A DNA stretch of 64,000 nt from the human T2T-CHM13v2.0 reference genome, Homo sapiens (GCF_009914755.1 NC_060943.1); one strand, 5' to 3'. Positions 25,290-44,816 are shown, counted from the stretch's first letter. Numbers and translations are program-made. The notes: generated by a model from the sequence alone, not told the origin.

Positions 25290-25659
25290 GTTGTCATCTC
25301 TCCGTGGCTGCCAGGCTGGGGGTTGGCGGAGGAATGGGAGAAGAAGGAAAATCTCTTCCTTCCTCTCTCCTGCAAAAGGGGCAGTGGCCGAGGCCTGTGG
25401 ATCTGGAACTGGCCTCCCTGCCCCAAAGCATGCAGTAGTCGCATGCCTGCTCACACACCTTTTGGTGGGGGGAGAAGCAGGTTCCAGAGAGCAGAAGGGG
25501 CTATGTCCATAGGCCCCAAGGGAGGATGGGGGGGTCTAGCCAGGTCCAGCTGCCTTCTCCTGAGTTTGAAATACTCCACTCCCTTCAGGGTGCAATAACT
25601 GGGGGGCTTCAGACACAGACAATGGGGGCCTGAAGGGCTGTGGATTGCTCTCTGGGGTC

Positions 25660-25930
25660 TCCGTGTGGAAATGTGTGTGTTTATGTGTGCATGCTTAAAT
25701 GTGTGTGTATATGACTGTGCACACCTGGCATGCCTGTGTGCAGATGTGTGTGAGTACGTGCACATGTGCATTTGTGTTTCTGCAGCTGGTGCACATAAGC
25801 GCACATGTGTGGTATGCAGTGGGGATGCCTTCCTGCCTGTGTGCATGTGCGTGTGCCCAGCCCGCGCATGGGTGTGTGTGTTTGCACATGTGTGCCTGAC
25901 TGTTGGAGGCTGGGCATGTGGGCAGACATG
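25660..25930 (+). repeat. Degenerate (TG)n tract, intron 3
   Basis: Direct reading. Confidence 0.9.
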
Positions 25931-26239
25931 CAGGCTGGGGCCAGTGTTGTCTGTGTGGGGCTGGACCTTGGTGTCAGGGTGTGCCCATGGTGGGGGCATA
26001 CTCAGCTGTTCCCATGGGACCCAAATCTAGTCATTCTTGGAAATTTGTATATTTCCTCTCCATCTCAAGTGGAGACTGAAGGAGGGCAGCCAGATTTGGT
26101 TGAGTGGAGGCATGGAGCAGGAGTGTTAGGATACCTAGGTATATGTAGGAGTCCGGTAAAGGCCCTCTGGGATGGGAGCCCCTTTCACACTCTCCACCCT
26201 GGCTGCCAGCGTGGGACAGGGAGTAGCGAGGTGGGGTCT

Positions 26240-26450
26240 GTATGTCTCCATTTTTGTCTCTATTTCTCTGTCTCTCTCTCCATCTCCCTCTGTATCTCCT
26301 TCTCCTTTTTCTCTTCTCTTGTCTCTTCATCCCTCTTATTCTCTCTGTCTCTCACAGTCTCTTTCGCGCGCACTCTCTCTCTGATCTGTCTCTCTCTCTC
26401 CCTGATTCTCAGTCTCTCTGCTGGTTTCTCTCTCTCCCTCCCACCCCCAT
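26240..26450 (+). repeat. CT-rich polypyrimidine tract, intron 3
   Basis: Direct reading. Confidence 0.9.
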
Positions 26451-26471
26451 GAGTGACAGCTGCCGAGAGCG

Positions 26472-26485
26472 GTTTCCATAGTAAC
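26472..26485. promoter_or_regulatory. RFX X-box-like motif GTTTCCATAGTAAC
   Basis: Matches the RFX X-box pattern. Confidence 0.55.
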
Positions 26486-27222
26486 CCAGCTCACCGTCCC
26501 TAGGAGATGAAGCCACCACGTTCCCCATTACCAGGGAGCATGCAGTTACCCAAGGGGGCAGAGCTCACACAGGAGAGGCTGGCCCAGCTCCGGCCTCAGA
26601 CCAGGTTCCAGCCCAGCCCCACCCAGCAGGGGGTCCAGCCTGCCAAGGCCCCTGGTCCACTGAGCACGTGAACCCTCACTCCACTCCACAGATGGTGACT
26701 GCCTGGCCCCTCTTGATCCCGACAAAGTTGGGCAGGGGCCTCTGCTGGGCACCGTGAAAGTGCGGGGACCATCAGTGCCCACCTCCGCCTGGCAGGTCCG
26801 GGGAGCAGGCAGAAAGACAGACAGACAGACAGACAGGGACCCAGGCCCGGCGAGGCAGCTCCTAGCCCTAGTACTCGGTGCGGGCTCTCTGAGTGCACCA
26901 GAGGGAAAGGTCATCTCCGCCTGGAGGGGGAGCAGTGGAGCAGAGACCCCAAAAGACTGCAGGGAGGGCATTCCAGGCGGGGGCGCCACCTGGGCAAAGG
27001 CCGGGAGATGGGAGCGTGCAGGGCCCGTGGGAGGGTGGAGAGATCCGGGGCAGGGAAAGGGCGCGGCTGGGTCCTCCCTCGCACGCGCAGAACCGGAGCC
27101 GGCAGGGCCCGGGCGCCGCGTCTTCCTGCCCTGCCGCCTCCACTCTGCTGGAGGGAGGGAGGAATCCCGGAGGCCCTCCCGGAGGCCGGGGACTCGGCTG
27201 AGGTGGGTGTCGCCGCCCACAG

Positions 27223-27351
27223 GGGACCGGAAGCTGTTCGTGGGGATGCTGAACAAGCAGCAGTCGGAGGAGGACGTGCTGCGGCTGTTCCAGCCCTTCG
27301 GGGTCATTGACGAGTGCACCGTGCTCCGGGGGCCTGACGGCAGCAGCAAAG
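27223..27351 (+). CDS. CELF5: CELF5 exon 4 (129 nt): RRM2 N-half, [42 protein letters not shown]
   Basis: cccacag| acceptor, AAAG|gtgact donor, RNP2 KLFVGML. Confidence 0.97.
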
Positions 27352-27354
27352 GTG

Positions 27355-28270
27355 ACTGGCGGGGGCCGGGGCGGGACTGCGAGAGGGGCCGGGCTAGCTC
27401 TGGGGGCGGGGCCTGTGGGGAGGGTGGGGCCTGCAGCATGGGGAGGAGCTGGCTCTGGGGTGGGACCCTGGGGAGGGGCGGGGCTTCTCCAGGGGTGGAG
27501 TCTGTGGGTGAGGCTGCAGGGGCGGGGCCTTGGAGAGGGGCGGAATTGCAGGGGCGGGGCCTGGGGAGGGGATGGGGCTGCAGGGTGGGGAGGAGCTGCC
27601 TCTGAGGGCGGGGCCTGTGGGGCAGGGCCCTGGGGAGGGGAGGGGCTTCTCCAAAGGTGGGCCCTTGGGGAGAGGTGTGGCTGCAGGGGTGGGGAGGAGC
27701 TGGCTCTGAGGATGTAGCCCTGGAGAGGCCCGAGGCTTCTCCAGAGCTGAAGTCTGTGGGTGAGGCTGCAAGGGTGGGGTCTTGGGTAGGGGAGGTACTG
27801 CAGGGAGGGGTGAAATACGTAGAGTTAGGAGGGACTGGCTCCAGGGGGAGAGGCCCTGGGAAGGGTCGGGGCTGAGCATATAGGGGGTGGGGCTGGCCAG
27901 GTGGGGCGGGGCCAGGCCAATAGGAGGCTGGGGCTGGCTGGGAGAAGCTGGTTCACAGGGGTTGGGTGGAGCAGAGACTGGTCCCGCTTGATCCTACCTG
28001 CATGCTCTCTCTGCATGCTGGCTGTGGGGACGGGCCCTGAAGAGGGGCGGGGCTGCGGTGGGGTGGGCGGAGATGCAGAGGCGTGGCCTTGGGGAAGGGC
28101 AAGGCTTCTCCAGGGGCTGCTTATGGATGGGGATGCAGGGGCAGTACCTTGGGATGAGGCGGTGTCTGGTGGGAGGCGGGGGGGCTTCTCCAGGTGCTGC
28201 CTGTGAGTAGGGATGCAGGGGCGTGGCCTTGTGATGGGGCGGGGTCTGGGGAGGGGCGGGGCTTCTCCAC
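27355..28270 (+). repeat. G-rich degenerate array with about 10 GGGGCGGGGC-type motifs, intron 4
   Basis: Direct reading. Confidence 0.85.
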
Positions 28271-28561
28271 GGACAGAGTTACCTGTGCCCTGTGGTCTCA
28301 GATTCCTCCACCTGACTATTCGTAAAACTGTTTCCTCCTGGTTCTGTCTATGTGATTTGTCCATATGACTGACTGGTGGTCTCTGGTTGTGTCTGTCTGT
28401 CTATCTTCCTGCCTGAGAGTCCAAATGACGGTGTCTGGCGGTCTCTGTCCACAGAGCTCATCATGTGGGACCGACTCCACTCTGGTCTTTCTTACCTTAC
28501 TAGAACTGAATGTGTCTGACGGTTTCAGACCATTACCTGGTTCTTCCTTTTTAAAATTGAG

Positions 28562-28855
28562 GGCTGGGCGTGGTGGCTCACGCCTGTAATCCCAGCACTT
28601 TGGGAGGCTGAGGCAGGTGGATCACGAGATCAGGAGTTCAAGACCAGCCTGGCCAAGATGGTGAAACCCGTCTCTACAAAAAATACAAAAATTAGCTGGG
28701 CGTGGTGGCAGGCGCCTGTAATCCCAGCTACTCGGGAGGTTGAGGAAGAGCATTGCTTGAACCCGGGAGGCAGATGTTGCAGTGAGCCGAGATCACGCCA
28801 CTGCACTCTAGCCTGGGTGACGGAGCAAGACTCTGACTCAAAAAAAGAAAAAAAT
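28562..28855 (+). mobile_element. Alu
   Basis: Consensus; aaaattgag flanking duplication. Confidence 0.95.
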
Positions 28856-29397
28856 TGAGATGTCTTCCACATCCTACCAAATTCACCCTTTAAAAATGTA
28901 CAATGAAGTGCTTTTTTTTCTATTCATAAAACCGTGCAACCATCACCACTATGTAATTCCAGAACATTCCACCCCCTCCCTCCACAATATGGCTGGCCCT
29001 TCCATAGTACTCTACCAGTCTGGAGCCAGGTGCAGTGGCCTCTGTATGTTCTATGGACTTTGTCGGTGGGACTGTGTTTCCATTCACCTGTGTCTGGTGG
29101 TCTCTGTGTGTGTGGCTGTCTGTCTGCATTAGCCCGGCTGGCTGTGTGGGTGACCAGGTCTTTGTCTAACTGTGGCTGTCTGTCTGTGTGATTCTCCTCC
29201 ATTCTGACCCTTGATCTGGCTGATTGTCCAGCTGTCCGTCTGAGCAAACGGCTGGCTGTCTTTCTGTTATCAGTTCTCTCTGGCTGCATGTGTCTGACAC
29301 TGGCCATGTAGGTCTCTGTGTCCCCTCTCCTGTGGCCCCCGCTCAGCCAGTCCTGTGACCCCATCACCCTCTACCTCTTCTTCTTCTCTTGGAGCAG

Positions 29398-29477
29398 GCT
29401 GTGCTTTCGTGAAGTTCTCCTCCCACACGGAGGCGCAGGCGGCCATCCACGCCTTGCATGGGAGCCAGACCATGCCG
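29398..29477 (+). CDS. CELF5: CELF5 exon 5 (80 nt): [27 protein letters not shown]
   Basis: Pyrimidine tract and gagcag| acceptor, CCG|gtgagt donor, RNP1 of RRM2. Confidence 0.97.
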
Positions 29478-29649
29478 GTGAGTTGGAGCTGCCCTTGGCC
29501 GTGGGGGTGGGGGTGGGAAAGGGGTGAGGGGGACAGGGATGAAACAGGCCATATTCCTACCGTCGCTGTCATCCAGTAGCCCCTGGCTGTCCTTCAGAGG
29601 GGGCACAGGTGGAGAAAGAGGCGCAGTCCCTGGCTGTGGTCCCTGGAGT

Positions 29650-30190
29650 GGGTATACACGTGTGAGTGTGTGCAGATGTGGAGGTGAGTAGGCAAGCGAA
29701 GTGTATGTGTGTGCATGGATGTATTACAAGTGTGTGCGTGTGGGTGAGTGTGCATGTCTGGGTGTGAGTGTGCCCGAGACTGCATGCATGTGTGTGTGTG
29801 AGTGCGTGTTTGAGTGTGTCATTACTAGTAGGCGAGTGTTATGTGAGTGCTGTGTGCACGAGGGGTGTGCGTAAATATGTATGGATAAGTGTGCCATTGT
29901 GTGCTAGTGTAGAGATACTAGTGCGTGTGCGTGTATGAGAGTGTACATGTGTGTTTCTATGTGTGTGAGCGTGTGTGTGAGTATGCCTGGGCCACGGGGG
30001 AGGAAGCACATGTGTGTGCATCTGCAGGTGCATTTGTGGGCAGGTTTGTGTGTGTGTGTGTGTGTGTGTTTGTGTGTGTGCATGACTGTGAGTGTGTCAG
30101 TATTGTGGGTGATTGTGTACACGTTTGTGAGTATATGCAGGTCTGTGTGAGTATAGGTTGTGAGTGGGTGAGTGTGTATGTGTGTACATG
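29650..30190 (+). repeat. Degenerate (TG)n tract, intron 5
   Basis: Direct reading. Confidence 0.9.
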
Positions 30191-31005
30191 TAAGGGTATC
30201 CTAAGGGGATGACACCTGGGTTGGATTTGCTGAGGCCAGGAGAGGCCCTGACAAAAAGAAAGGCTGGGAGGTGGCAACAGGTAGCCCAGAGGAGCCATAG
30301 AAGATGGGGCCGCAATGCGAGGCTGAGAAGCCTGGACTTTCTCCTAGGGCAGTGGGGAGCCACAGACGGTTTAGAGCAAGGGAGGAGACAGGCCAGGTCG
30401 GTTGCAAATATCCCTTTGGGGCTAATGTAGAGGATGGGCAGGGTGCAAGACTAGAGGCTGGGAGGCCAAAGAGGAGGCTAGGCCAAGGTCCAGCTGAGGT
30501 AGGAGGAGGCCTGAGCTGGGGCCAGGTGGACAGGGAGGAGGGCTGATCAGAAAACAGACATTAGGGTGAGAATGGATGGGGGGCCTGTTGACTCACTGGT
30601 TGAGGGAGGGGTGGGGATTGGGGACAGGTCCCAGAGTCTGCAGCAGTGAGAGGCTGGGGAGGACCAAGGAGGCACTGGGGACTGCCCTTCCCCCGAGGAA
30701 GGAGTCCCCAGAAGCCATTGTTCCTGCACCCACATCTCCGAATCTGCTACAAGGAAGATGGGACCTGAGAGGAACAAGCCACCTCTCTCAGCTCTTAAAA
30801 CCCAGGGGAGGGGCTTAGTTCAGCACAAGGGCAAGTGTTCCCAAGCTCAGAGATGTCCCAGGACAGGGCTGGTAGGCGTCTGGAGGAGTGAGTTCTCTAT
30901 CGGAGGAGGCATGTCAGCGAAGACAGGGAGGCAACAGGGTGCATCCTGTGGGAGCCAGCTCACCAGGGAGGAGCTGGTCGAAGGGGAAGATATTTTCCTT
31001 CTTGA

Positions 31006-32009
<1,004 letters not shown>

Positions 32010-32569
32010 TCAGGATCATCTACTTGTCCCGCCTTGTTCCTCTCCTGTGGCTGGAGTCTCACCTGTTCTCAGGTGTGGGTGAGAATTGGAGGCTCACCCA
32101 TCTGTGCCCCAGTTGTTCCTCTCTGGAGACTGGAGTTTCAGGTGTGGGGTGACAATGGCAGGTTCGTCCACCTGAGCCCACTGTTTTCCTTCGGAAGCTG
32201 GTTTCTCACCTGTTCTCAGGTGAGCGGAAGTCATAGGTGCCTCCAGCTGTGCCTCCCTGTTCTCCAGCGGCGGGATTCTCCATCTGTTTTGAGTGTGTGG
32301 CTGACAGTCAGGGCCCCCACCTGTGCCCCATCACAGCCTCCTAGGCCTGGGCGCTGCACCTGTGCAGATGCTGCTGGGCCCAGGATGCTGATCTCCACGC
32401 GGTCCTCGCTGTGGCCCTGGCTCCTGGGGTGGGGGCCCGTGGACATGGCTGACAGCCACTGGCATTACACCCCTCACCCAGGAGGCCTGAGCTAACATGA
32501 ATCCAGGGACCCCAGAGTCCTGGCTACCTCCCAGCCCGTTTCCCTCCCTGCTCGCCGCTGCCCCTGCAG

Positions 32570-32716
32570 GGAGCCTCCTCCAGCCTGGTGGTCAAGTTCG
32601 CCGACACGGACAAGGAGCGGACGCTCCGGCGCATGCAGCAGATGGTGGGCCAGCTGGGCATCCTGACGCCGTCCCTCACATTGCCCTTCAGCCCCTACAG
32701 TGCCTACGCCCAGGCT
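32570..32716 (+). CDS. CELF5: CELF5 exon 6 (147 nt): [49 protein letters not shown]
   Basis: cctgcag| acceptor, GCT|gtgagt donor, CELF signature [11 protein letters not shown]. Confidence 0.97.
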
Positions 32717-32839
32717 GTGAGTGACCCAGTGACAGCTTCGGGGCTCCGGCTCCGTCTCTCTCAGTCTCTGTCTACTCTCTGTCGGGCTCCTGCCTCTCCC
32801 TCCATCTCCCTGACTCAGGGTCCTCTCCTGGCGTGGCTG

Positions 32840-33400
32840 AACCCCAACTCCAAATTGAGACCAAGCTCAGACCGAGCCCCTAAATCCAGAAGACTGAGCC
32901 CTAATCTCACAGTAACACCCAATCTTGGACCGAGCCCCAGAACCTGGCTATGCTCCACGTCTAAATTAGGCCCAATTCTGGCTGAACCTCCAAATCCAGA
33001 CTGATCCCAAACTGAGACCTGACCTGATCAAGCTCCACCCTGGCTGAGACCTGATCCCAAGTTGAGCCCCAGCTCCTGACTGAACCCTGATCCCAGGCTG
33101 AGCCTCAATTTCTAACTAAACCCTCATCCTAGATGGAGCCTTGATCTCAGTCTGAGCCTCACTTCCTAACCGAGCCTTGATCCTAGATTGAGCCTTAGTC
33201 CCAGGCTGAGCCTCGCTTTTCTAACTGAGCCCTGATCCTAGGCTGAGCCTTGATCCCAGGCTGAGCCCCAATTCCTGACTAGATTGAGCCCTGATCTCAG
33301 CCTGAGCCTCACTTCCGAACCGATCTCTGCTCCCAGGCTGAGCCTTGATCCCAGTCTGAGCTCCAATTCTGATCTCAGCCTGAGCCAAGATACCCAGCCT
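32840..33400 (+). repeat. Degenerate 18-bp minisatellite (ctgagccytgatcccagg-like), intron 6
   Basis: ctgag/ttgag recurs every 18 nt; 6-aa periodicity in overlapping ORFs. Confidence 0.8.
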
Positions 33401-33496
33401 GACCTCCTCACTAGTAACTGGGGTACCAAGCCTCCCCTCATAAGCCATGATCTCAGGGCAGATATCACCCCAACTGTGACATGTCTTCACCCCCAG

Positions 33497-33638
33497 CTCA
33501 TGCAACAGCAGACAACAGTCCTGTCCACCTCGGGCAGCTACCTGAGTCCCGGCGTGGCCTTCTCACCCTGTCACATCCAGCAGATAGGCGCCGTCAGCCT
33601 CAACGGGCTGCCTGCCACACCCATCGCTCCTGCCTCTG
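33497..33638 (+). CDS. CELF5: CELF5 exon 7 (142 nt): divergent domain, LMQQQTTVLSTSGSYLSPG...TPIAPAS
   Basis: ccccag| acceptor, TCTG|gtgagc donor, frame continuous. Confidence 0.95.
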
Positions 33639-33722
33639 GTGAGCCTCCTCCAGGCACCCAAGGATGGGTGGGCAGGGCTGGAGCCAGAACTGGCCTCCCC
33701 ATGACCCTCTTCCGCTCTGCAG

Positions 33723-33869
33723 GGCTGCACTCACCCCCGCTGCTGGGCACCACCGCTGTGCCTGGCCTCGTGGCTCCCATCACCAATGGCTTTGCAGGTG
33801 TCGTGCCCTTTCCAGGTGGGCACCCTGCCCTGGAAACCGTCTATGCCAATGGCCTTGTGCCCTACCCAG
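33723..33869 (+). CDS. CELF5: CELF5 exon 8 (147 nt): GLHSPPLLG...ETVYANGLVPYP
   Basis: ctctgcag| acceptor, CCAG|gtaaat donor, frame continuous. Confidence 0.95.
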
Positions 33870-34193
33870 GTAAATTGGGGTCGTCCTCTGGGGCCTAGGA
33901 GAGTGGTGGGGAATAAAGATGGTGTTTCTGGAACAAGTATGAGTCCCTACATCACAGTGCCCAGGGAACAGAAGGGCAGGAAAAAGGGTGTCTCCGCTGA
34001 GCAGATAAGAGCTGTGGACACAGGAAGGGAGGCCGTGGCAGGGTAATAACACATTAAAACGGTGCATCTGGATGTTTCTGAGCTTAAATTCCAGTTCAGT
34101 GACCCTGGATGGGCTCTTTACGTCCCTGAGCCTCAGTTTGCTCATCTGGAAAATGGGGCAGATAACATCAGTAGCCTCAGAGGGTTGCATTGA

Positions 34194-35520
<1,327 letters not shown>

Positions 35521-36272
35521 TTTCACGAGTTTTTGTATGCACTCTGTGCACGTGTGTGTGTGTGTGTGCAGGGGCGGTTAATTGCCATTTTGTCACAGAT
35601 GCAGACTTGTGGATCTCCCACAGTGAAGATACAGAACTGCTTCTTGCCCACAAAGTGAACTCCTTCCTGCCACCCCTTTGAAGTCACAGTCACCACCACT
35701 ATCCCCTGCCCTCCAGCACACTCTCCATTCGGGCAGAATTGTTTGGCTGAATTTTTCCCCAGAATCATCAGCTTTGGTGGCCTGGACAACTTCTTCCCTC
35801 CCCTACCCCTTTCCCTAGCGGTAGCAGGAAGGCTACAGCTAGATGGGGGAGCTACAGGGTGTCTGATGAGGAAACTCATGTGGAGAGGGAGACGGGGCAG
35901 GGGATGGGGGCAGGTGGTGATTTGAGGTGGAGGCTGAAGTCCTGGTGAATCCAGGGAGTAGAGAGGAGTGAAGGGTCCCCCTTGGGAGGCAACCGGGTCG
36001 GGATAGGGAGAGGGAGATGGGGACGATGGTGATCTCTCTCTGGAGTCCGAGAAACCCGGATTCCAGTTCAGCTTCTGCCATTTGCTATCTGAGTGGCCCT
36101 GTGCAAGTGGCTTCACCTTCCTCGGCCTCAGCTTCCTGGTCCTACAGAGGGTTTAGCACAGAGGAGAAGCTGGGCGGGGTGTTTGTTGCTGTCCTTGCGG
36201 CTCTTAAGGATCGGGGGTGGATGGAAGACTTCTGCTGCTCCCGCCCCACTCAGCCCCTCTGTCTGCCCGCAG

Positions 36273-36335
36273 CTCAGAGCCCGACTGTGGCCGAGACACT
36301 GCATCCTGCCTTCTCCGGAGTCCAGCAGTACACAG
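36273..36335 (+). CDS. CELF5: CELF5 exon 9 (63 nt): AQSPTVAETLHPAFSGVQQYT
   Basis: cccgcag| acceptor, ACAG|gtagga donor; matches the CELF3-6 AQSP...GVQQY motif. Confidence 0.95.
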
Positions 36336-36349
36336 GTAGGAGGCAGCCC

Positions 36350-37260
36350 GCGTGCCCGCGCTGGGCCCTGGCCCCGCCCCCGCCTAGGGCCCCGCCCCCA
36401 GGGCCCGCCCCGGACGTGTCGTTCTTCTGTGCCTAGCCGCGCCTCCTACCTCTGGCCCCGCCCCTCAGGGCCCACCCTTAGCCCCTTGTCCTGTATTCAA
36501 CCCCGGGCCCTGTTACTGGTCCCACCCCACCACCACCTATACCCGCAAACAGGACCTTCCCTTGTCCTTTAAGGACAGCGCTTACCCATGGCCTTACCCT
36601 CTCATGTTCTGTGTTGGGGAGAGGGAATTCCCCTTGACCACGTCTCTAGCTCTGACCCAACCCCAGCTCTCGGCCCTGCCCCTTACCCTCCCTCCTGCAG
36701 CTCCTAGCCCCGCCCCTCACTTCCTGCCTTTACTCTGACCACGCCTCTCTGATAAAGCCCCGCCCCTACCTCTGGCTCTACTTCTTAAGGCCTGGCTGTG
36801 ACCCCGCCCTCTGCTGCGGCCCCGCCCCTTAACTCATGGTCCTGCCCACATAGCCCTCCATCAAGTCACGGCCCCGCCCCACTCATGCCCTTCATCCCAG
36901 TCTTGCCCCCGCCCTCCACTGTGACCCCACCCCTCAAGCAATGGTCCCGCCCACTCTGGACTGTCCTGTAGCCTTGGCCCCGCCCTCTACTGTGGCCCAA
37001 CCCCTATACCCCTCCCCTCACGCCATGGGGTCCGCCCCCACCCCCCCTTCCCCGCCCCGTCTCGGTATTGGCCCTGCCCTCCACCATGGCCCCGCCCCTC
37101 AGGCAATAGCCCCTCCCCGTTTCGTCTGTGATCTTGGCCCCGCCCTCTGGCCTGGCCCCGCCCCCAAACCCTCCCCACAAAGGCCATGATCACACCCACT
37201 CCTGCCTTGGCCCCACCCTCTTATGGCCCCGCCCCCTCCCCGCCCAGCGGCCCAGGCCGC
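36350..37260 (+). repeat. C-rich degenerate array with about 15 (GG)CCCCGCCC(C) motifs filling intron 9
   Basis: Direct reading. Confidence 0.85.
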
Positions 37261-37312
37261 CCACGTGGCCTCACGCCCCTCCTCGCCCTGTGTCTCGCTC
37301 CGGTCTCCGCAG

Positions 37313-37396
37313 CCATGTACCCCACCGCGGCCATCACGCCCATCGCGCACAGCGTCCCCCAGCCGCCGCCCCTCCTGCAGCAGCAGCAGCGAGAAG
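37313..37396 (+). CDS. CELF5: CELF5 exon 10 (84 nt): AMYPTAAITPIAHSVPQPPPLLQQQQRE
   Basis: ctccgcag| acceptor, GAAG|gtgagg donor; QQRE precedes GPEG. Confidence 0.95.
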
Positions 37397-37824
37397 GTGA
37401 GGCGGCCGCAACCTCCCCTGGGCGCCAGCCCCGCCCTCTGCCCGCCCTGTCCACCTGCAGGCTCCGTGTCTGGCCCGGGCCTCTGGGACCCGCGGGGCTG
37501 AGAGTGCGGCCTGGGGGCTGGACAGGCCAGAGTTGAGTCCCGGTGCAGCCGCTGACCCCTGGGAATCTCCCTCTCTGTTTCCTCCTCCGAAAAGAGAACC
37601 ATGCTCGCCCCGACCCCGTAGGAATAGCAGTGACTTCCTACCAGCCCTCTCCAGAACCAAGAGTGATTCTCTGGATTTTTTGGAAAGGAAACCCTTTTTG
37701 AGGCTGGGGCATGGCACGATGAGGTATCAGGTAATGAGGCCTCCCCAGTAAAGCCAAGGCTGTCGAAGGAGGGAGGGATTCGATTCTGGAGTCTGACAGT
37801 CAGGGTTCAAATCCATACAGTTCT

Positions 37825-41170
<3,346 letters not shown>

Positions 41171-41600
41171 TTACCAAGTTTCCTTATTCTCCACACCCAG
41201 CTCATCTGACTTTTGTAAATGATCCAGAGTTTGAAGTTTAGGGAGGGATTTTCTGGAGGGTGGCCTTCCTCGGGGTTTTCAGGTATCTGGGGTCAGAGAT
41301 TGAGGGTTGATCTGGGCTTTGGGGAGCAGGGGATCCCCTGGGTCTTGTCAGTTATCTGGAGTCTGAGGACCATTTTGGTGCGGAGTAGCCCCGTGTGAGA
41401 TCGTACAGTGCAGGCAAGGGGTGGGTGTGTCCCGTCTCCCTCCCCAGCCCGTGGCCAGGCCCCTTCTTTCTGGGTGTCTGAGGCACCCCTCTCCCGACAG
41501 CTGGAGAAGCCAGATGCGGGCTCCAGACCTGTGCCCCTCCCCCGGGGGGGTTCGCCTCCTCTCCTTGGGGGCTTTATGTCTTTCTCTCCCCCACCTGCAG

Positions 41601-41744
41601 GTCCCGAGGGCTGTAACCTGTTTATCTACCACCTCCCCCAGGAGTTTGGAGACACGGAGCTGACGCAGATGTTCCTACCCTTCGGCAATATCATTTCCTC
41701 CAAGGTGTTTATGGATCGAGCTACCAACCAGAGCAAGTGTTTCG
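41601..41744 (+). CDS. CELF5: CELF5 exon 11 (144 nt): RRM3 N-half, [48 protein letters not shown]
   Basis: cctgcag| acceptor, TTCG|gtgagt donor, canonical CELF RRM3. Confidence 0.98.
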
Positions 41745-41869
41745 GTGAGTGGCCGCCGACGCCACCCCTCCCCATCCACCTCCCTCGCCTGCCCCCTGAC
41801 AGGGAATGGGAGGGTTTTGGTCGGCCTCGGGACAGGGCTGTGCTGAAATAATCACAATCAGAACCAGCC

Positions 41870-44313
<2,444 letters not shown>

Positions 44314-44688
44314 TCAGCTGGAGACACAGATCCTGGCTGGACAGAGGGCTTGGAAGGAGGCAGGCATCCTCCTGAGGGAAGGTGGGGAAAAGGTGGCCCT
44401 CCAGGACCCTCGGAAGCCCCACCTGGCCCCTATACCAGCTGGGAAGTCTCAGCACAGCCGACCCCAAGATAAGGAGTGAGTGCCCCATCCTCAGAGGTAT
44501 ACAAGTCCAGAGGTGTCAGAACAAAGCCAGGGCTGCTGTGTGTCCTCCACCACAAACACCCTGGCCTGTGCAGGTGTGCACGCAGGCCTGCTCAGGACCC
44601 CGTGAGCCGGGAAGCCAGGGCCACAGCATAGGAACAAGCCGAGGACACCCGCAGCGCCAACCACGGAGGTCCACCCTGGTTTCTGCAG

Positions 44689-44816
44689 GCTTCGTGAGCT
44701 TTGATAACCCGGCCAGCGCCCAGGCAGCCATCCAGGCCATGAACGGCTTCCAGATCGGCATGAAGAGGCTCAAAGTCCAGCTGAAGCGGCCCAAAGACCC
44801 GGGACACCCCTACTGA
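44689..44816 (+). CDS. CELF5: CELF5 exon 12 coding part: [42 protein letters not shown]-stop. The exon continues to the donor after 44856
   Basis: ttctgcag| acceptor; TGA at 44814-44816; CCCAG|gtgagc donor 40 nt later; CELF C-terminal [11 protein letters not shown] motif. Confidence 0.98.

Noticed and set aside
26546-27605. 297-aa antisense ORF and the long extensions of the 283-aa sense ORF
   Set aside because: GC-rich, stop-poor DNA around exon 4; only 27223-27351 has CELF homology and splice sites
29392-29397. GAGCAG tandem acceptor at exon 5
   Set aside because: GAG acceptors are rarely used and would insert a residue into RNP1 of RRM2
37378-37389. CAG run (QQQQ) as an expandable polyQ
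   Set aside because: Only four codons; a normal CELF motif before GPEG
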